DNA from: Candidatus Doudnabacteria bacterium
GTDB taxonomy: Bacteria; Patescibacteriota; Doudnabacteria; UBA920; VMFF01
Reading direction: 5' to 3'
Assembly (NCBI GenBank): GCA_028286905.1
Contig: JAQBQP010000001.1
Coordinates: 15,114-79,113, forward strand
Length of the DNA stretch: 64,000 nt
The position numbers and the translations under genes were made by a program. The number at the start of each line of letters is the position of its first letter. Within the stretch, counting starts at the first letter, position 1. The notes under the pieces were generated by a model. The model searched no databases. It saw nothing but the letters and a program-made list of their open reading frames with translations, and had not been told where the DNA came from. This document shows positions 1-9,958 of the stretch, piece by piece.

Positions 1-1100
1 ACCACTTTTAATTCTTTATATACGTAATTTTCTTGATTGATTTTGGCATGGTCAATAAATTGATCGATTAAGCCCAACGGGTATTTCATGTTCTTCAGCT
101 TTTTGTTTTTAATCGCTTTCTCCAGTTCTTTTATATAAGGGACTGGGTCTACCATCGGATACCCTCTGCCATGAAAATCTTTGATCTCGGTGCTGACTGG
201 TTTGGTAATACCTAAATTGTTATTTACTTCCCCAAGCATTTGGTAACAGCGTGCAAATAATTCTTGACGTTCTTTCCACGAACTTGAATGCACGATTTTT
301 TCCAACAAGGGTTGAAATTTCTTTGCAGAATCCAACTTCGAGAAAGCAGTCCCAAACCATTTGCGATATGGCGCGTACTTCTTTTCCATTAAGAAAACCA
401 TCTGCATAATCGTTTGAACCATGTGCCCAGCCAAAACCATCGAGCCTAGCTCATCCTCTTCCTCGCCGCTGCGCGCTTGAAAAGCAAGTTCATTAACTAT
501 TTTCCCCCATTGAACCCGCATCGCGTAAATCCAAATATCATTCGGATAATATTCAAATTTATTCCGCATTTTTTCTAGCTCATTCAAGCCATCGTAATAA
601 ATCTCTCCAGCGGTTATTTCTATCAAAGCCTGCTCTGGAAAAATTAACCAATCTTTAAATTCGATTTTATCATCTCTGTCAAAATATATGTAATGTCTTA
701 AAAAAGATTGAATCGTAAAAAATCGGAAGATGTGGTTAACTTCTCCGCTGGTAATAAATTCCGCCCGCTGCTTTAAATAAGCTTCTGGGTCTTCTTTTGA
801 AAAATTAGTTGAAAAGCCTTTGTAAGTATATGGCAGATTCTTACGCAACATTTTATTCACTAATGGCGCATACTTTCGAAAGTCTTTCTTTCGAAAAAAC
901 ATATTTAAATGCGGGCCCCAATTATGGTCCATTGATTTTGGAGTATCGAAGCCCAGAACGTCCGAACCATGGCCATTTAAAGCGGCAGAGTATTTTAAAT
1001 GCGGAAAGTGTTCTTTCATTAAAGGGCCAACTACATCAGCATAAAACATCCTATTCAACTCTAATCCCGGAATAAATTTCGTTGGGTTATTTTTGATCAT
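1..1100 (-). CDS. DUF4037-family (nucleotidyltransferase-like) protein, runs off the window start
   Basis: Hand translation from ATG 1100: MIKNNPTKFIPGLELNRMFY...GHGSDVLGFDT...DHNWGP; same frame reads ...LIDQFIDH...KELKV at the window edge; absent from the ORF track. Confidence 0.8.
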   Translation of the reverse strand, partial: MIKNNPTKFIPGLELNRMFYADVVGPLMKEHFPHLKYSAALNGHGSDVLGFDTPKSMDHNWGPHLNMFFRKKDFRKYAPLVNKMLRKNLPYTYKGFSTNFSKEDPEAYLKQRAEFITSGEVNHIFRFFTIQSFLRHYIYFDRDDKIEFKDWLIFPEQALIEITAGEIYYDGLNELEKMRNKFEYYPNDIWIYAMRVQWGKIVNELAFQARSGEEEDELGSMVLAGHMVQTIMQMVFLMEKKYAPYRKWFGTAFSKLDSAKKFQPLLEKIVHSSSWKERQELFARCYQMLGEVNNNLGITKPVSTEIKDFHGRGYPMVDPVPYIKELEKAIKNKKLKNMKYPLGLIDQFIDHAKINQENYVYKELKV

Positions 1101-2391
1101 AGTCGTTTGCTTTTAATGTTTTTAAGCTAATAACCCCGAACAGCGAAGTCATCTCCTGTGGCGACATCCCTCCGTGAATACCTAACTGGTTAAATTCATA
1201 ATCCTGAAAGTACTGATACCAAACATGGAACCCTTCTCTCGGCAAAATCATGACATTGCCGATTCGGCGTAAAAATTTTACAGCCGGATCATTTAAACCA
1301 AACAAGCCGCGTCGCAAAGCCTCAGCGCTAGAAAGCACTTCCGCTCGATCGCCCAACGTTGCCCTTAAGAACTCGATAACCTCTTCGACTTTATCGGGTT
1401 TAATAAAAAGAAAAACATCATGCGGCGATCCGGTGGGCGGAATTCGCTGGCCTTTTTTATTTTTTTGATAGCGCTCCTCCAAGAATTCAAAATTATTTAG
1501 ATAAATAATTTCTTCATCTCGAATACTTGCTAAGCCGTGATCCGCGGTAAAAGTTAATAAAGCATCATCACTCTTTTCAAAATTGATTTTTTCAACAAAA
1601 TCTTGCATTAAAACCTTAGAAAACTTTTGAACCTCGGCATGATGCTCTTTGCTTCCGGTTCCGTATTGGTGCTGGACGCTGTCAATTTTGGTCCAGTAAA
1701 CAAAGTAATACGCCGGACCCGATTCATTTTCTAATTTTTCTGTAAGTTTTTGCATCAAATCTTTTTCATCAACAAACTCAATCACCGTACTACCTTTCTT
1801 GACCATCTTTGAATACGCTCCTGATGAAATTTCTTCTTGAATAAAAGAAAAACATTTGACTCCATGTAATGCTAAACGTTCGTAAACCGTATCGCCGTTA
1901 TACAACATTTCGCCGGTTCCGCCTTGGCTCAACAAGCTGTCTCTGCCGTGGTCATGATGCGGACGGAATGGCAACGTTTCTATTAGCTGGTCCAACTCTT
2001 CAAAATAAACGGTCCATTCTAGCAAACCATGCTCCTGCGGAGTTAAGCCGGTATGAATGGTTGTTAAAGCGGCGGGGGTTGTAGACGGGAAAGTAGATGT
2101 GATCGGATAAACATTTCCGCGCTCTACGATCCGCTTGAAGAATTCCATTTCGGCATAGTTTTTAAAAAAATAATCATACCCGAACCCATCCAGCATAAAC
2201 AAAATTAATTTTTGGCTCTTCGGCAAATAATGTTTGGAGATCTGTTCAGGAAAAGCGGCGCGCTTCGTATCAATGCCAAACCAACGTAAAAAAGTGGGCA
2301 CTATTTCTGCGACCGAGTATTGCCCATAAGCCGGATACAAATGACCGGCGGCATCTGTAAAAAAATAGCTGCGATTGTTCTCGTGAATCAT
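1087..2391 (-). CDS. Alkaline phosphatase superfamily / type I phosphodiesterase-nucleotide pyrophosphatase
   Basis: LDGFG, FPSTTPAALTTIHTG..P.EHG, TADHG and HGG motifs. Confidence 0.85.
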   Translation of the reverse strand: MIHENNRSYFFTDAAGHLYPAYGQYSVAEIVPTFLRWFGIDTKRAAFPEQISKHYLPKSQKLILFMLDGFGYDYFFKNYAEMEFFKRIVERGNVYPITSTFPSTTPAALTTIHTGLTPQEHGLLEWTVYFEELDQLIETLPFRPHHDHGRDSLLSQGGTGEMLYNGDTVYERLALHGVKCFSFIQEEISSGAYSKMVKKGSTVIEFVDEKDLMQKLTEKLENESGPAYYFVYWTKIDSVQHQYGTGSKEHHAEVQKFSKVLMQDFVEKINFEKSDDALLTFTADHGLASIRDEEIIYLNNFEFLEERYQKNKKGQRIPPTGSPHDVFLFIKPDKVEEVIEFLRATLGDRAEVLSSAEALRRGLFGLNDPAVKFLRRIGNVMILPREGFHVWYQYFQDYEFNQLGIHGGMSPQEMTSLFGVISLKTLKANDYDQK

Positions 2392-2446
2392 ATTGCTATT
2401 CTATACAAGGTGTTTAGCAATACAATTGTATATTTTATACAAAAAC

Positions 2447-2478
2447 AAAAGCGCCTCGATTTTCAATCGAAGCGCTTC
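2447..2478 (-). terminator. Rho-independent terminator after the GH1-like gene
   Basis: AAGCGCTTCGAT-loop-ATCGAGGCGCTT then T-tract on the minus strand. Confidence 0.7.
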
Positions 2479-2503
2479 GCTCTATAGTTCTATCAAAACC
2501 TCC

Positions 2504-3919
2504 TTAGATATCGGGTATCGGAATTGACTGGTTCTTCTTGCGGCGATCTTCGCCATTTTCTCCATTGTTCGGCTGCTGCTGCCAGGCCTGATCGTTCCAC
2601 CCTCGGCCAGCCATCAGCCACCAGAAACCACGAATGCTCTTTGCGAGCAACGGCTCGAAAAGATACTGCGGCATTTCGGCGGGAGTCATCGTTCGATTTC
2701 CGATTGCGCTAACCACCTCGGTCATTATCGATACCTCGCGAGTCCGCAAATCGGGACTGAGGTGCACCAGTCCACCTGTTGGATCGCGACGCCGGCACCA
2801 ACGCATTGCGTAATGTGCCCAGGTCACCGAGTCGATCATCGGAAACAAGCAGACCATTCGGATATCCAAGCCGAGCCGTTCCAGATCTTCAACCCAGAGA
2901 AACATCAATTTCATCCAAGTCAGCCGAGCGAAGATCGTGCCGCGAATGTTGATCTCGGAAATCCAAATCGGCTTCCGACCGCAACGCTCCCAGTACTGTT
3001 GCGCAACTTGCACCATCCCAATCGGATTCGGACTTGGGGCGCGCGAGAACCGCTGATAGTACTTCCGTTCGGAATGGGAATAATAATCCAATCCCCAAAC
3101 CACGGTACCCTTCAGCTGGTGCTTTACGGCCCAGTCGATGAAATCCTCGCCGAAACCGAACTTTCGAAGATAGCCGTTATTCTGGCCGTTGCCGAGCACC
3201 AGGTCCATGAACAGAAACCGACGTTCATTCAGCTCCCATTCAAAACTCGGATTGTGCGGCGCCTGGTGATATTCACAGGTGTCGACCCACCAGATCTCTA
3301 CTTCAGGATCCACCCGTTGCAGATCTTCCGCGATCAGCAAAATCGACTTCACCACGATCTCCACCACTGGAAAGAGCTTGCTCTGCACTTCCAGTTTGGT
3401 TTTCTCCGGATCATCCCACCCCTTAACCGTCCAGAACGGCGGCCACTTCCCGAAATGCACTGACAAGAATGTGGTCGCAGTGGGCTCATTGAAAGGGGTG
3501 AACTTCTTCAGCCATGGGAATTCTTTTTTCAACGCCAACGCAAATTGGCGCGACGCTTCGACATAGCGCGGATCGGCAATTCCCAAAGTCATCCAACTTG
3601 GGTGACAAGTGTGATGGTTTAGGTCGATGATCGGATCCAAACCAAGCCGAAGAATTTCCAGCAGCTGTGCACGGACCGGTTCGAAATCAATCTCACCTTC
3701 CTTGCGTTCGCACTTCCACCACGGAATTCCGTAACGGATCAGCCGCATCCCCGCCGACTTTGCCAAAGCAAGGTCTTCGGGATACTTTGGCACAACCCCG
3801 TGCTTCACCGCCCAAGGACTTGGGCTGTGAAAGGTCAGGTCGGCGGTATCCACCTGCATTGGTTTGCGGTTGTGGTATAGCCGAGTGCTTTCGATCCCGG
3901 CGCCCAATGGTGCTCGCAT
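2504..3919 (-). CDS. GH1-like (clan A) glycoside hydrolase, GC-rich
   Basis: IRYGIPW, DLNHH, acid/base TPFNEP, GLDYY, nucleophile region PIWISE; GGGGGAG SD. Confidence 0.75.
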   Translation of the reverse strand: MRAPLGAGIESTRLYHNRKPMQVDTADLTFHSPSPWAVKHGVVPKYPEDLALAKSAGMRLIRYGIPWWKCERKEGEIDFEPVRAQLLEILRLGLDPIIDLNHHTCHPSWMTLGIADPRYVEASRQFALALKKEFPWLKKFTPFNEPTATTFLSVHFGKWPPFWTVKGWDDPEKTKLEVQSKLFPVVEIVVKSILLIAEDLQRVDPEVEIWWVDTCEYHQAPHNPSFEWELNERRFLFMDLVLGNGQNNGYLRKFGFGEDFIDWAVKHQLKGTVVWGLDYYSHSERKYYQRFSRAPSPNPIGMVQVAQQYWERCGRKPIWISEINIRGTIFARLTWMKLMFLWVEDLERLGLDIRMVCLFPMIDSVTWAHYAMRWCRRRDPTGGLVHLSPDLRTREVSIMTEVVSAIGNRTMTPAEMPQYLFEPLLAKSIRGFWWLMAGRGWNDQAWQQQPNNGENGEDRRKKNQSIPIPDI

Positions 3920-3984
3920 TGCTCCCCCTGATAAACGGTGTCTGTTGAAACATTTTCAGCCAAAAAAACTTCGACTGATTTTTG

Positions 3985-4013
3985 ATAGTATCATTCGAAG
4001 CAATTATGGTCAA
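3985..4013 (-). promoter_or_regulatory. Sigma70-type promoter of the GH1-like gene
   Basis: TTGACC-17 bp-TACTAT with extended TG. Confidence 0.65.
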
Positions 4014-4032
4014 TATGTAATTTTGTGCGAAT

Positions 4033-5025
4033 TTAAAACTGTTTTAAATCAAAGATCGCTAAACCGTATCTCCAGTACTTGGCCAAGTTTTTTGCAAAGG
4101 TTTCCCGAGCTTGATAAAAAAGCAGTAGGTCGCCTTCATAAACAAACCCTGCAGCATGGCCATTCTCACCTGAACCCCAAGAGTCTTGTTTTGGGTCCAT
4201 TATTGGACCGATACTTTCAAAAGGTCCTTCGGGCTTATCAGCAAGTGCAAAGAAAACCCGTTGCCTGGTACCCAATACACCTGTAGGCAAAAAACAAGTA
4301 GCATTTAACAAAATCTTTTTGTTTGGAAGCTCAATTAACTGTGGTCCTTCAATACCCCATTCATAGTCTGGATGATCATATTGGTTATGGTGCCAACTTA
4401 TATCCGCGTGATCTAAAATTTTCCCAGCACGTTCCCAAGGCCCAGCCCATTCATTAGTTTTGCTTTTTGCTAAATAAACATTCGGCTGAATAATAAACTT
4501 TCCTTGCCGGACAATCTCCGGCATCGCCGCATACACTAAATATTTTTGTCCTTGGATTACCGCCGGATGCGGATCGTATAAGCCAGCTTCATCTGTTTTG
4601 CGTCTGGAAAATAAGGTTGTGTTTCGCCAAACAAAAGTATCCCCGTCTGTCGAAGTTAAATATTCAATCGTGCCGCCTGGGCCCATAAATTCGGTCATAA
4701 TGAACATATGGAATAGTCCATTATCAAAAGTTACGCCAGGCGCAGCGACATGTTCTCCGCTAACTAAACCTAAAAATTTTACAGTACTATTTTCAATCCA
4801 AGGGCCTTCTGGTTTCAGCGCGGTGGCGTGCAATGGCTTCCACTTCTCTTCACGGACATTCCCCCCTGAACCAAATTTATGCCAAACCCGGCCATCAAAA
4901 ACCACACAAGGATCTTTAGTGTCCTCATAAAGTTTGGTTTGAATTAACGGTCCGATTTTCTTTTTGGCGATAATTTTTGTTTCGAGCATAGAAGCAATAT
5001 CTACGCTTAGTTTACCCCGATACAT
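4033..5025 (-). CDS. Five-bladed beta-propeller glycosidase-like protein (GH43/GH130-like)
   Basis: Repeated KDP/AAP/YDP/EGP blade motifs and GENGH; start uncertain. Confidence 0.6.
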   Translation of the reverse strand: MYRGKLSVDIASMLETKIIAKKKIGPLIQTKLYEDTKDPCVVFDGRVWHKFGSGGNVREEKWKPLHATALKPEGPWIENSTVKFLGLVSGEHVAAPGVTFDNGLFHMFIMTEFMGPGGTIEYLTSTDGDTFVWRNTTLFSRRKTDEAGLYDPHPAVIQGQKYLVYAAMPEIVRQGKFIIQPNVYLAKSKTNEWAGPWERAGKILDHADISWHHNQYDHPDYEWGIEGPQLIELPNKKILLNATCFLPTGVLGTRQRVFFALADKPEGPFESIGPIMDPKQDSWGSGENGHAAGFVYEGDLLLFYQARETFAKNLAKYWRYGLAIFDLKQF

Positions 5026-5112
5026 TTGGCTTGGGAAGAACTTTTTCTTGTGGATACGCGAATAAATTAGACAAAATTAAACAGCAAAATTCGTTAAAAA
5101 TTACAGCCTAAG

Positions 5113-6342
5113 CTATTTTGTAGCTTCTTCAATTCTGTTTATTGCAACGATGTAGGCTGCGCTTCGGTAGGAAGTTTTATATTTAACTTTTGTTTCGTGC
5201 ACTGATTTCCATGCTGCGACCATTAAAGCGTCTAACTTTTTTAGAACGTCTTCCTTGGTCCAGCTTTCATTGTGCATGTTTTGATACCATTCGTAATAAC
5301 TTGTAGCCACTCCGCCGGAGTTAGCTAGAATATCTGGAATAACAACAATTTCTTTTTGTTCAAACAAGCGGTCAGCTTCAGGAGAAGTTGGACCGTTCGC
5401 TAATTCTAAAATTACTTTGGCTTTTACTCGAGCTGCGTTTTCCGCAGTAAGAACATTTTCAAACGCTGCTGGCACTAAAATTGATACGGGCAATTCCAAA
5501 AGCTGTTCATTGGTTATTTCTGTAGTTCCAGCTAATCCCCGCAAAGCACCGGTAGATTTTTTATGCGCCTCTGCAGCAGCAACGTCTATTCCCAATTCAC
5601 TGTACACGCCACCTTTACTATCTGACAAAGCTACAATTTTCAAATTCAATCCGGCAGTGCTTTCAGCAAAGTATGTTGCAACGTTTCCAAATCCTTGAAT
5701 AGCGACAGTTAAATTATCTTTCAGCTCTACGGCATGTTCCTTTAGTACTTCGCGCAAAACATAACCGCCGCCAAAACCAGTAGCTTCGGTGCGGCCTTGT
5801 GAACCGCCGTTTTCCAAGCTCTTACCGGTGAAAGTTGCTGGCGCTTTTGTACCGGTAATTTTTTCGTACTCATCGAGCATCCATCCCATTATCTTTCCAT
5901 TGGTATTTACATCCGGTGCTGGCACATCAAAGCTTGGGCCAATCACTGGATATATTTTCTTAACGTAACCGCGAGACAAGCGCTCTAGCTCTCCTTCTGA
6001 AAGCTCTTTTGGATCAACGATAATTCCACCTTTGCCGCCTCCAAACGGAACATTAACTACAGCATTTTTAAAAGTCATCCAAAAGCTCAACGCTCGCACT
6101 TCATCTAAGCTAACCTGCGGATGGAAACGAATCCCGCCTTTGTAGGGTCCACGCGCATTATTATGCTGCGCTCTAAAGCCTTGAAAAATCTTTTGAGTAC
6201 CATCATCCATTTTTAATGGAATGGTCACTTCGACATACCGATCTGGATATTTGATGGCTTCGATAAAATCAAGGTCCGTACCGGCAACTTTAGCAGCATC
6301 TTCAAGTTGAGAGATAGCTGTTTGAAAAGGATTGATGTTCAT
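5113..6342 (-). CDS. gdhA: Glutamate dehydrogenase (Glu/Leu/Phe/Val dehydrogenase family)
   Basis: GPYKGGIRFHP, GGGKGG, DVPAPDVNT, QGFGNV, ELANGP, ANSGGV.SYYEW. Confidence 0.9.
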   Translation of the reverse strand: MNINPFQTAISQLEDAAKVAGTDLDFIEAIKYPDRYVEVTIPLKMDDGTQKIFQGFRAQHNNARGPYKGGIRFHPQVSLDEVRALSFWMTFKNAVVNVPFGGGKGGIIVDPKELSEGELERLSRGYVKKIYPVIGPSFDVPAPDVNTNGKIMGWMLDEYEKITGTKAPATFTGKSLENGGSQGRTEATGFGGGYVLREVLKEHAVELKDNLTVAIQGFGNVATYFAESTAGLNLKIVALSDSKGGVYSELGIDVAAAEAHKKSTGALRGLAGTTEITNEQLLELPVSILVPAAFENVLTAENAARVKAKVILELANGPTSPEADRLFEQKEIVVIPDILANSGGVATSYYEWYQNMHNESWTKEDVLKKLDALMVAAWKSVHETKVKYKTSYRSAAYIVAINRIEEATK

Positions 6343-6358
6343 AATTTTATTTATAAAA

Positions 6359-6724
6359 TTAAAACCCAAACGCCAAAGTCATAGCCGCAAAACCAACCCC
6401 TACCAAAGCAGAGCTCGCAACAATAGCTGCTGGGAAATTTCTTGATTGTCTTATTTTGTAAAATAACAACCCTTCGACCGCTGCTACCACTGCAAGATAG
6501 ATACCAATTTTGCTGCAAAAGCTCGATACTGTTCCAGGGGTCCTGCTAGCCCAAACAAGAAGTGAGCCTGTCACAAGTTGTAATCCCAAGCCAACGCCAA
6601 TATTGGCAGCAAAGGATTTTAGATTATTTAAACGGTTTTTCAAAACTGCCAGTAGCGCCGCTAGCATTAAAGCTGCTAGCCCCAAAGCGCCTGCAAGATG
6701 CAACACCAAGATTGTTTTAAGCAT
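6359..6724 (-). CDS. Hypothetical 4-TM membrane protein
   Basis: Four hydrophobic segments; TGGTATAAT promoter upstream. Confidence 0.7.
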   Translation of the reverse strand: MLKTILVLHLAGALGLAALMLAALLAVLKNRLNNLKSFAANIGVGLGLQLVTGSLLVWASRTPGTVSSFCSKIGIYLAVVAAVEGLLFYKIRQSRNFPAAIVASSALVGVGFAAMTLAFGF

Positions 6725-6780
6725 GTAATTAAATATTACGACTTAGTTCTTACTCATTATACCATGATTATTGAGCCGAT

Positions 6781-7170
6781 TTAAAAAGACAAGAATGGAT
6801 CAGGATATAAGTCTAGAATGCGACAAGACTTAATCTTGCCCTTGAGAGTTGTTGCGATGACCTCCGCATTGTCAGAAAATTCAGCAATTTTTTGCCTGCA
6901 TAGTGCGCAGGGATAAGCGGGTTCTTCAATATCTAGAACGATTAGCACTTTTGTAATTTTCTTTTCTCCGGCAGCAATCGCCGTATCGATTGCATTCGTT
7001 TCGCCATGAGTAGTATTTGTGAAAGCAACGCTTTCAACATTGCATCCGCTATAAATTTTCCCGCTCTCGCCTACTACTGCGGCCCCAACTTTAAAATGAG
7101 AGATTGGAGAATGGGCATTCTCTCGCACTTTTTTAGCAGCTTCAATTAATTCAATAGTTTGTGCGTCCAT
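6781..7170 (-). CDS. cdd: Cytidine deaminase
   Basis: F.VGAA, GCNVE, HGE, PCALCRQ. Confidence 0.9.
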   Translation of the reverse strand: MDAQTIELIEAAKKVRENAHSPISHFKVGAAVVGESGKIYSGCNVESVAFTNTTHGETNAIDTAIAAGEKKITKVLIVLDIEEPAYPCALCRQKIAEFSDNAEVIATTLKGKIKSCRILDLYPDPFLSF

Positions 7171-7177
7171 AAATATA

Positions 7178-7603
7178 TTAATTACTAGTCTTTATCATCG
7201 GTGGCTCCGGGTTGTAATCTGAATATCGCCACCAAGTTGGAACAAATTCTAGAAATATATTTTCCGGTTTATTTTCATATTTCTTTGAAGACGGGTATTT
7301 GGCATAATATATAGATTTAGCATTTTTTAATTCAGTCTCTTCCAAAACCGCTTTAATTTCACCGTCCATTTGAACAGTAATCCATTCATCTTCACTGAAG
7401 CCAACTACCACTGAAGCGCTCGTGCTTTTGCCATCTAACAAACCTTGGCACTTGCGGCTACTTCTCTCCGTGGAAAAAAACAATTTGAAAGGCGTGTCGC
7501 TGTGCGCGTAATGAATAGTTGCAGCGTGCACCCCATGGTCGGGCAAATTTACTGCCATCACGCTAATTCGATGTTCTGTTAAATATTTTAGTAATTCTTC
7601 CAT
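7178..7603 (-). CDS. Pyridoxamine 5'-phosphate oxidase-like FMN-binding protein
   Basis: Size, FST..SSRK, TVQMDG, PTWWRYSD pattern. Confidence 0.7.
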   Translation of the reverse strand: MEELLKYLTEHRISVMAVNLPDHGVHAATIHYAHSDTPFKLFFSTERSSRKCQGLLDGKSTSASVVVGFSEDEWITVQMDGEIKAVLEETELKNAKSIYYAKYPSSKKYENKPENIFLEFVPTWWRYSDYNPEPPMIKTSN

Positions 7604-7653
7604 AAATATATTATATCATTGAAACCTCGGTGAACCATAGCTTATTAACAGAG

Positions 7654-8199
7654 TTATACATCAGTCATATGATTCTGATTATAAACCAAAGTATCATAGC
7701 CCTGCATAACACGATCTTCTTTAGAGATCCCCAAAGCAGCTAAGAACTCAAACAACTTATCCTGTTCCTGCGTTTCAATATTTTCTTCAACTAGCTTTTC
7801 AACTTCTATAAAAGATCCCAGCCCTTCCACATCATCCAGACAAATCTCATAATCTTTATACTTAGATTTCTGTCGGGTCTTCAATACGTGTGCATACTCT
7901 TTATAACCCAACAAGTCTATAATATCGGCCATAACTGCCGAATCACTAACTGCGAGTTCTTTTTCTAAACAATCAAGCTCATTAGTAATACTGCGTTTCA
8001 AAGTAAACAAAGCTTTACCATTTTGTACTCTAATTCTTAAAACATTTCCCTGATGTGTCGCCAAACCAATATATTCGGGCAACATGTAAATTCTGTCAGA
8101 CTGCGCAATTGGTTCGTTGAAAACACAACCCAATGCTTTTATAGCCTTCATTGTTTTATTTCGATCTTGAAGCCTTGCTTTAACTTCTATTTCTCTCAT
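7654..8199 (-). CDS. cyaB: CYTH domain / class IV adenylate cyclase-like protein
   Basis: EIEVK, LRIR, CLDDVEGLGSFIEVE, GY. Confidence 0.85.
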   Translation of the reverse strand: MREIEVKARLQDRNKTMKAIKALGCVFNEPIAQSDRIYMLPEYIGLATHQGNVLRIRVQNGKALFTLKRSITNELDCLEKELAVSDSAVMADIIDLLGYKEYAHVLKTRQKSKYKDYEICLDDVEGLGSFIEVEKLVEENIETQEQDKLFEFLAALGISKEDRVMQGYDTLVYNQNHMTDV

Positions 8200-8270
8200 G
8201 ATCACAGAATAACAAAAAAACGCCCTTTGAGCGATTTTTTGTTCTGAATATGAAGGTTCTTTGGCCTGGT

Positions 8271-8735
8271 CTAATTATAATAGATTATTTTCTTGCAATT
8301 TTTCGCTCCACAATTGCAAATAAATTTTTGAGGTGTTTTGGTACGGCTAGAGAAATCTGCAGTAAGCTCTTCTTCTGCTTTAATATCCTTTTTAGCCACC
8401 ATTATAAAATTATTCACTATCTTACAGTTGGCTGAACAAGAGTGATTTATAAAATCTGATGCATCCAATTCTGATTCTTTTGTTTCCGCCAAATAAAAAC
8501 CTGGATAAAGCTCTAAAGCATAATTAAAAGCAATGCTCTTTGGTAAAGTTTTAATCTCTTTTTTCGTTATAACACGCCCTCCCCAGACTGCCACAACGGA
8601 GCTTTTTTTGATTGTTTGAGCAGCAAAAAGTCCTAAGCCTTGGATCGAGCTGAATCTAGTTTTCGCATAATGGTGAACATACCCATGGACCCGGGGCTTG
8701 CGAGTAACTTGTCTAAGTATTTTATTCAAATTCAT
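8271..8735 (-). CDS. SET-domain protein-lysine methyltransferase with post-SET
   Basis: SSIQGLGLFA, FINHSC.ANC, EELTADF, CNCGAKNC. Confidence 0.88.
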   Translation of the reverse strand: MNLNKILRQVTRKPRVHGYVHHYAKTRFSSIQGLGLFAAQTIKKSSVVAVWGGRVITKKEIKTLPKSIAFNYALELYPGFYLAETKESELDASDFINHSCSANCKIVNNFIMVAKKDIKAEEELTADFSSRTKTPQKFICNCGAKNCKKIIYYN

Positions 8736-8784
8736 AAATTTCTGGACTTTTATATGTTTAAAAGATTTACTCCGTCTTTCAAAA

Positions 8785-8873
8785 TGTGTACCCTTTCTTT
8801 TCCCTAATAAAACTTTATGGTCTTTGATCAACACCACTCCAACACCGACCTGAGGTCTATTTACTAAATCCAT
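8785..8873 (-). pseudogene. N-terminal stub of a NUDIX hydrolase, in frame with the SET gene
   Basis: MDLVNRPQVGVGVVLIKDHKVLLGKRKGTH resembles a NUDIX N-terminus; no Nudix box follows. Confidence 0.6.
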
Positions 8874-8941
8874 AGAAATGGTACCTAATAATCTTAAAAA
8901 ACAATTATCAATCCATTTTATCAAAGCATAACATAGGTCGC

Positions 8942-9829
8942 TCAAAAATTATTTTTATTATTTAACCCTGCGATACTGGGCAATGCCGCTGCGACAATAA
9001 TCAATAGACCGCCTACTACTACACTAACTGTGAGCGATTCATTAAATATCCAAATACCAAAAATTATACTGAACACTATCTCCAACAAACCCAATAACGC
9101 ACCAATACTAGCATCAATGTATTTAAAACCTGCAATAACTAACCAGAATCCTAGCAAAGAAGCCACACTATAACATAGCTGCCAAAACCAGGGCATTGAA
9201 AAACTTAGGCTGATTTGACGTTCTTTAATTACCAACGAAACTATTAAGTTAGTAACGAGAATTATTCCCCAGCTCAAACAGACCACATACAGTGGCGAAT
9301 AATCGCCAGTGAGCTTTTTTGAAAATGCAATTTCGCCGCCACTAGCAATACCATTCAAAACAGCCATCGCTGCCGCGAAAGCAATAAAGTGAGAAATAGA
9401 AAAGGAAAAAATTAAATACATTCCTATTACAGCAAGGACTGCAGACCAGGATTTAATTGCAGTAAACTTTTCTTTAAGAAAGACAGCTCCGATTAAATTC
9501 ATTGTTAAAAACATCGAGACGAAAAATAGAAGTGAGGCCGTACCAATATCCATATGGTTAAAAGCATAAAACAATGGCGCCTGTGTTAGAGATGTAAAAA
9601 CTAAGAAGACAGCTACCCATTTTCTATCTTCGGGTTTTATTTCAACTATTTCTTTACGAATAAGTACAATTGGTGCAAGCAGAACTAAAATAATTAAAGC
9701 CCTGGTCCAACCTTGAAAGAAGCTATCCATTGAAGGACCAATCAAGCGCGACCACACCCCATAACTTCCAAACATCAATGCGGAAAGTAAAACTAGAAGG
9801 TTGCCGATATTTTTAGGCGATTTTTCCAT
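8942..9829 (-). CDS. DMT/EamA family transporter
   Basis: About 10 TMs, two EamA repeats (FLKEK; LLEIVF...IFNESL). Confidence 0.88.
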   Translation of the reverse strand: MEKSPKNIGNLLVLLSALMFGSYGVWSRLIGPSMDSFFQGWTRALIILVLLAPIVLIRKEIVEIKPEDRKWVAVFLVFTSLTQAPLFYAFNHMDIGTASLLFFVSMFLTMNLIGAVFLKEKFTAIKSWSAVLAVIGMYLIFSFSISHFIAFAAAMAVLNGIASGGEIAFSKKLTGDYSPLYVVCLSWGIILVTNLIVSLVIKERQISLSFSMPWFWQLCYSVASLLGFWLVIAGFKYIDASIGALLGLLEIVFSIIFGIWIFNESLTVSVVVGGLLIIVAAALPSIAGLNNKNNF

Positions 9830-9958
9830 ATACAAAGCATAACAGAACTAGCCGAAAGGTTCTAACCACGCATCAGGGATATAAAATCTTCCAGAATTTC
9901 TACCATAGTATGCATTATCTCTTTACTTGCAAAAGCCTTTCTTGTAAGCTATGCATCT

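Noticed and set aside
809-1075. 88-aa plus-strand ORF in the track
   Set aside because: Antisense shadow of the DUF4037-like gene (1-1100, minus)
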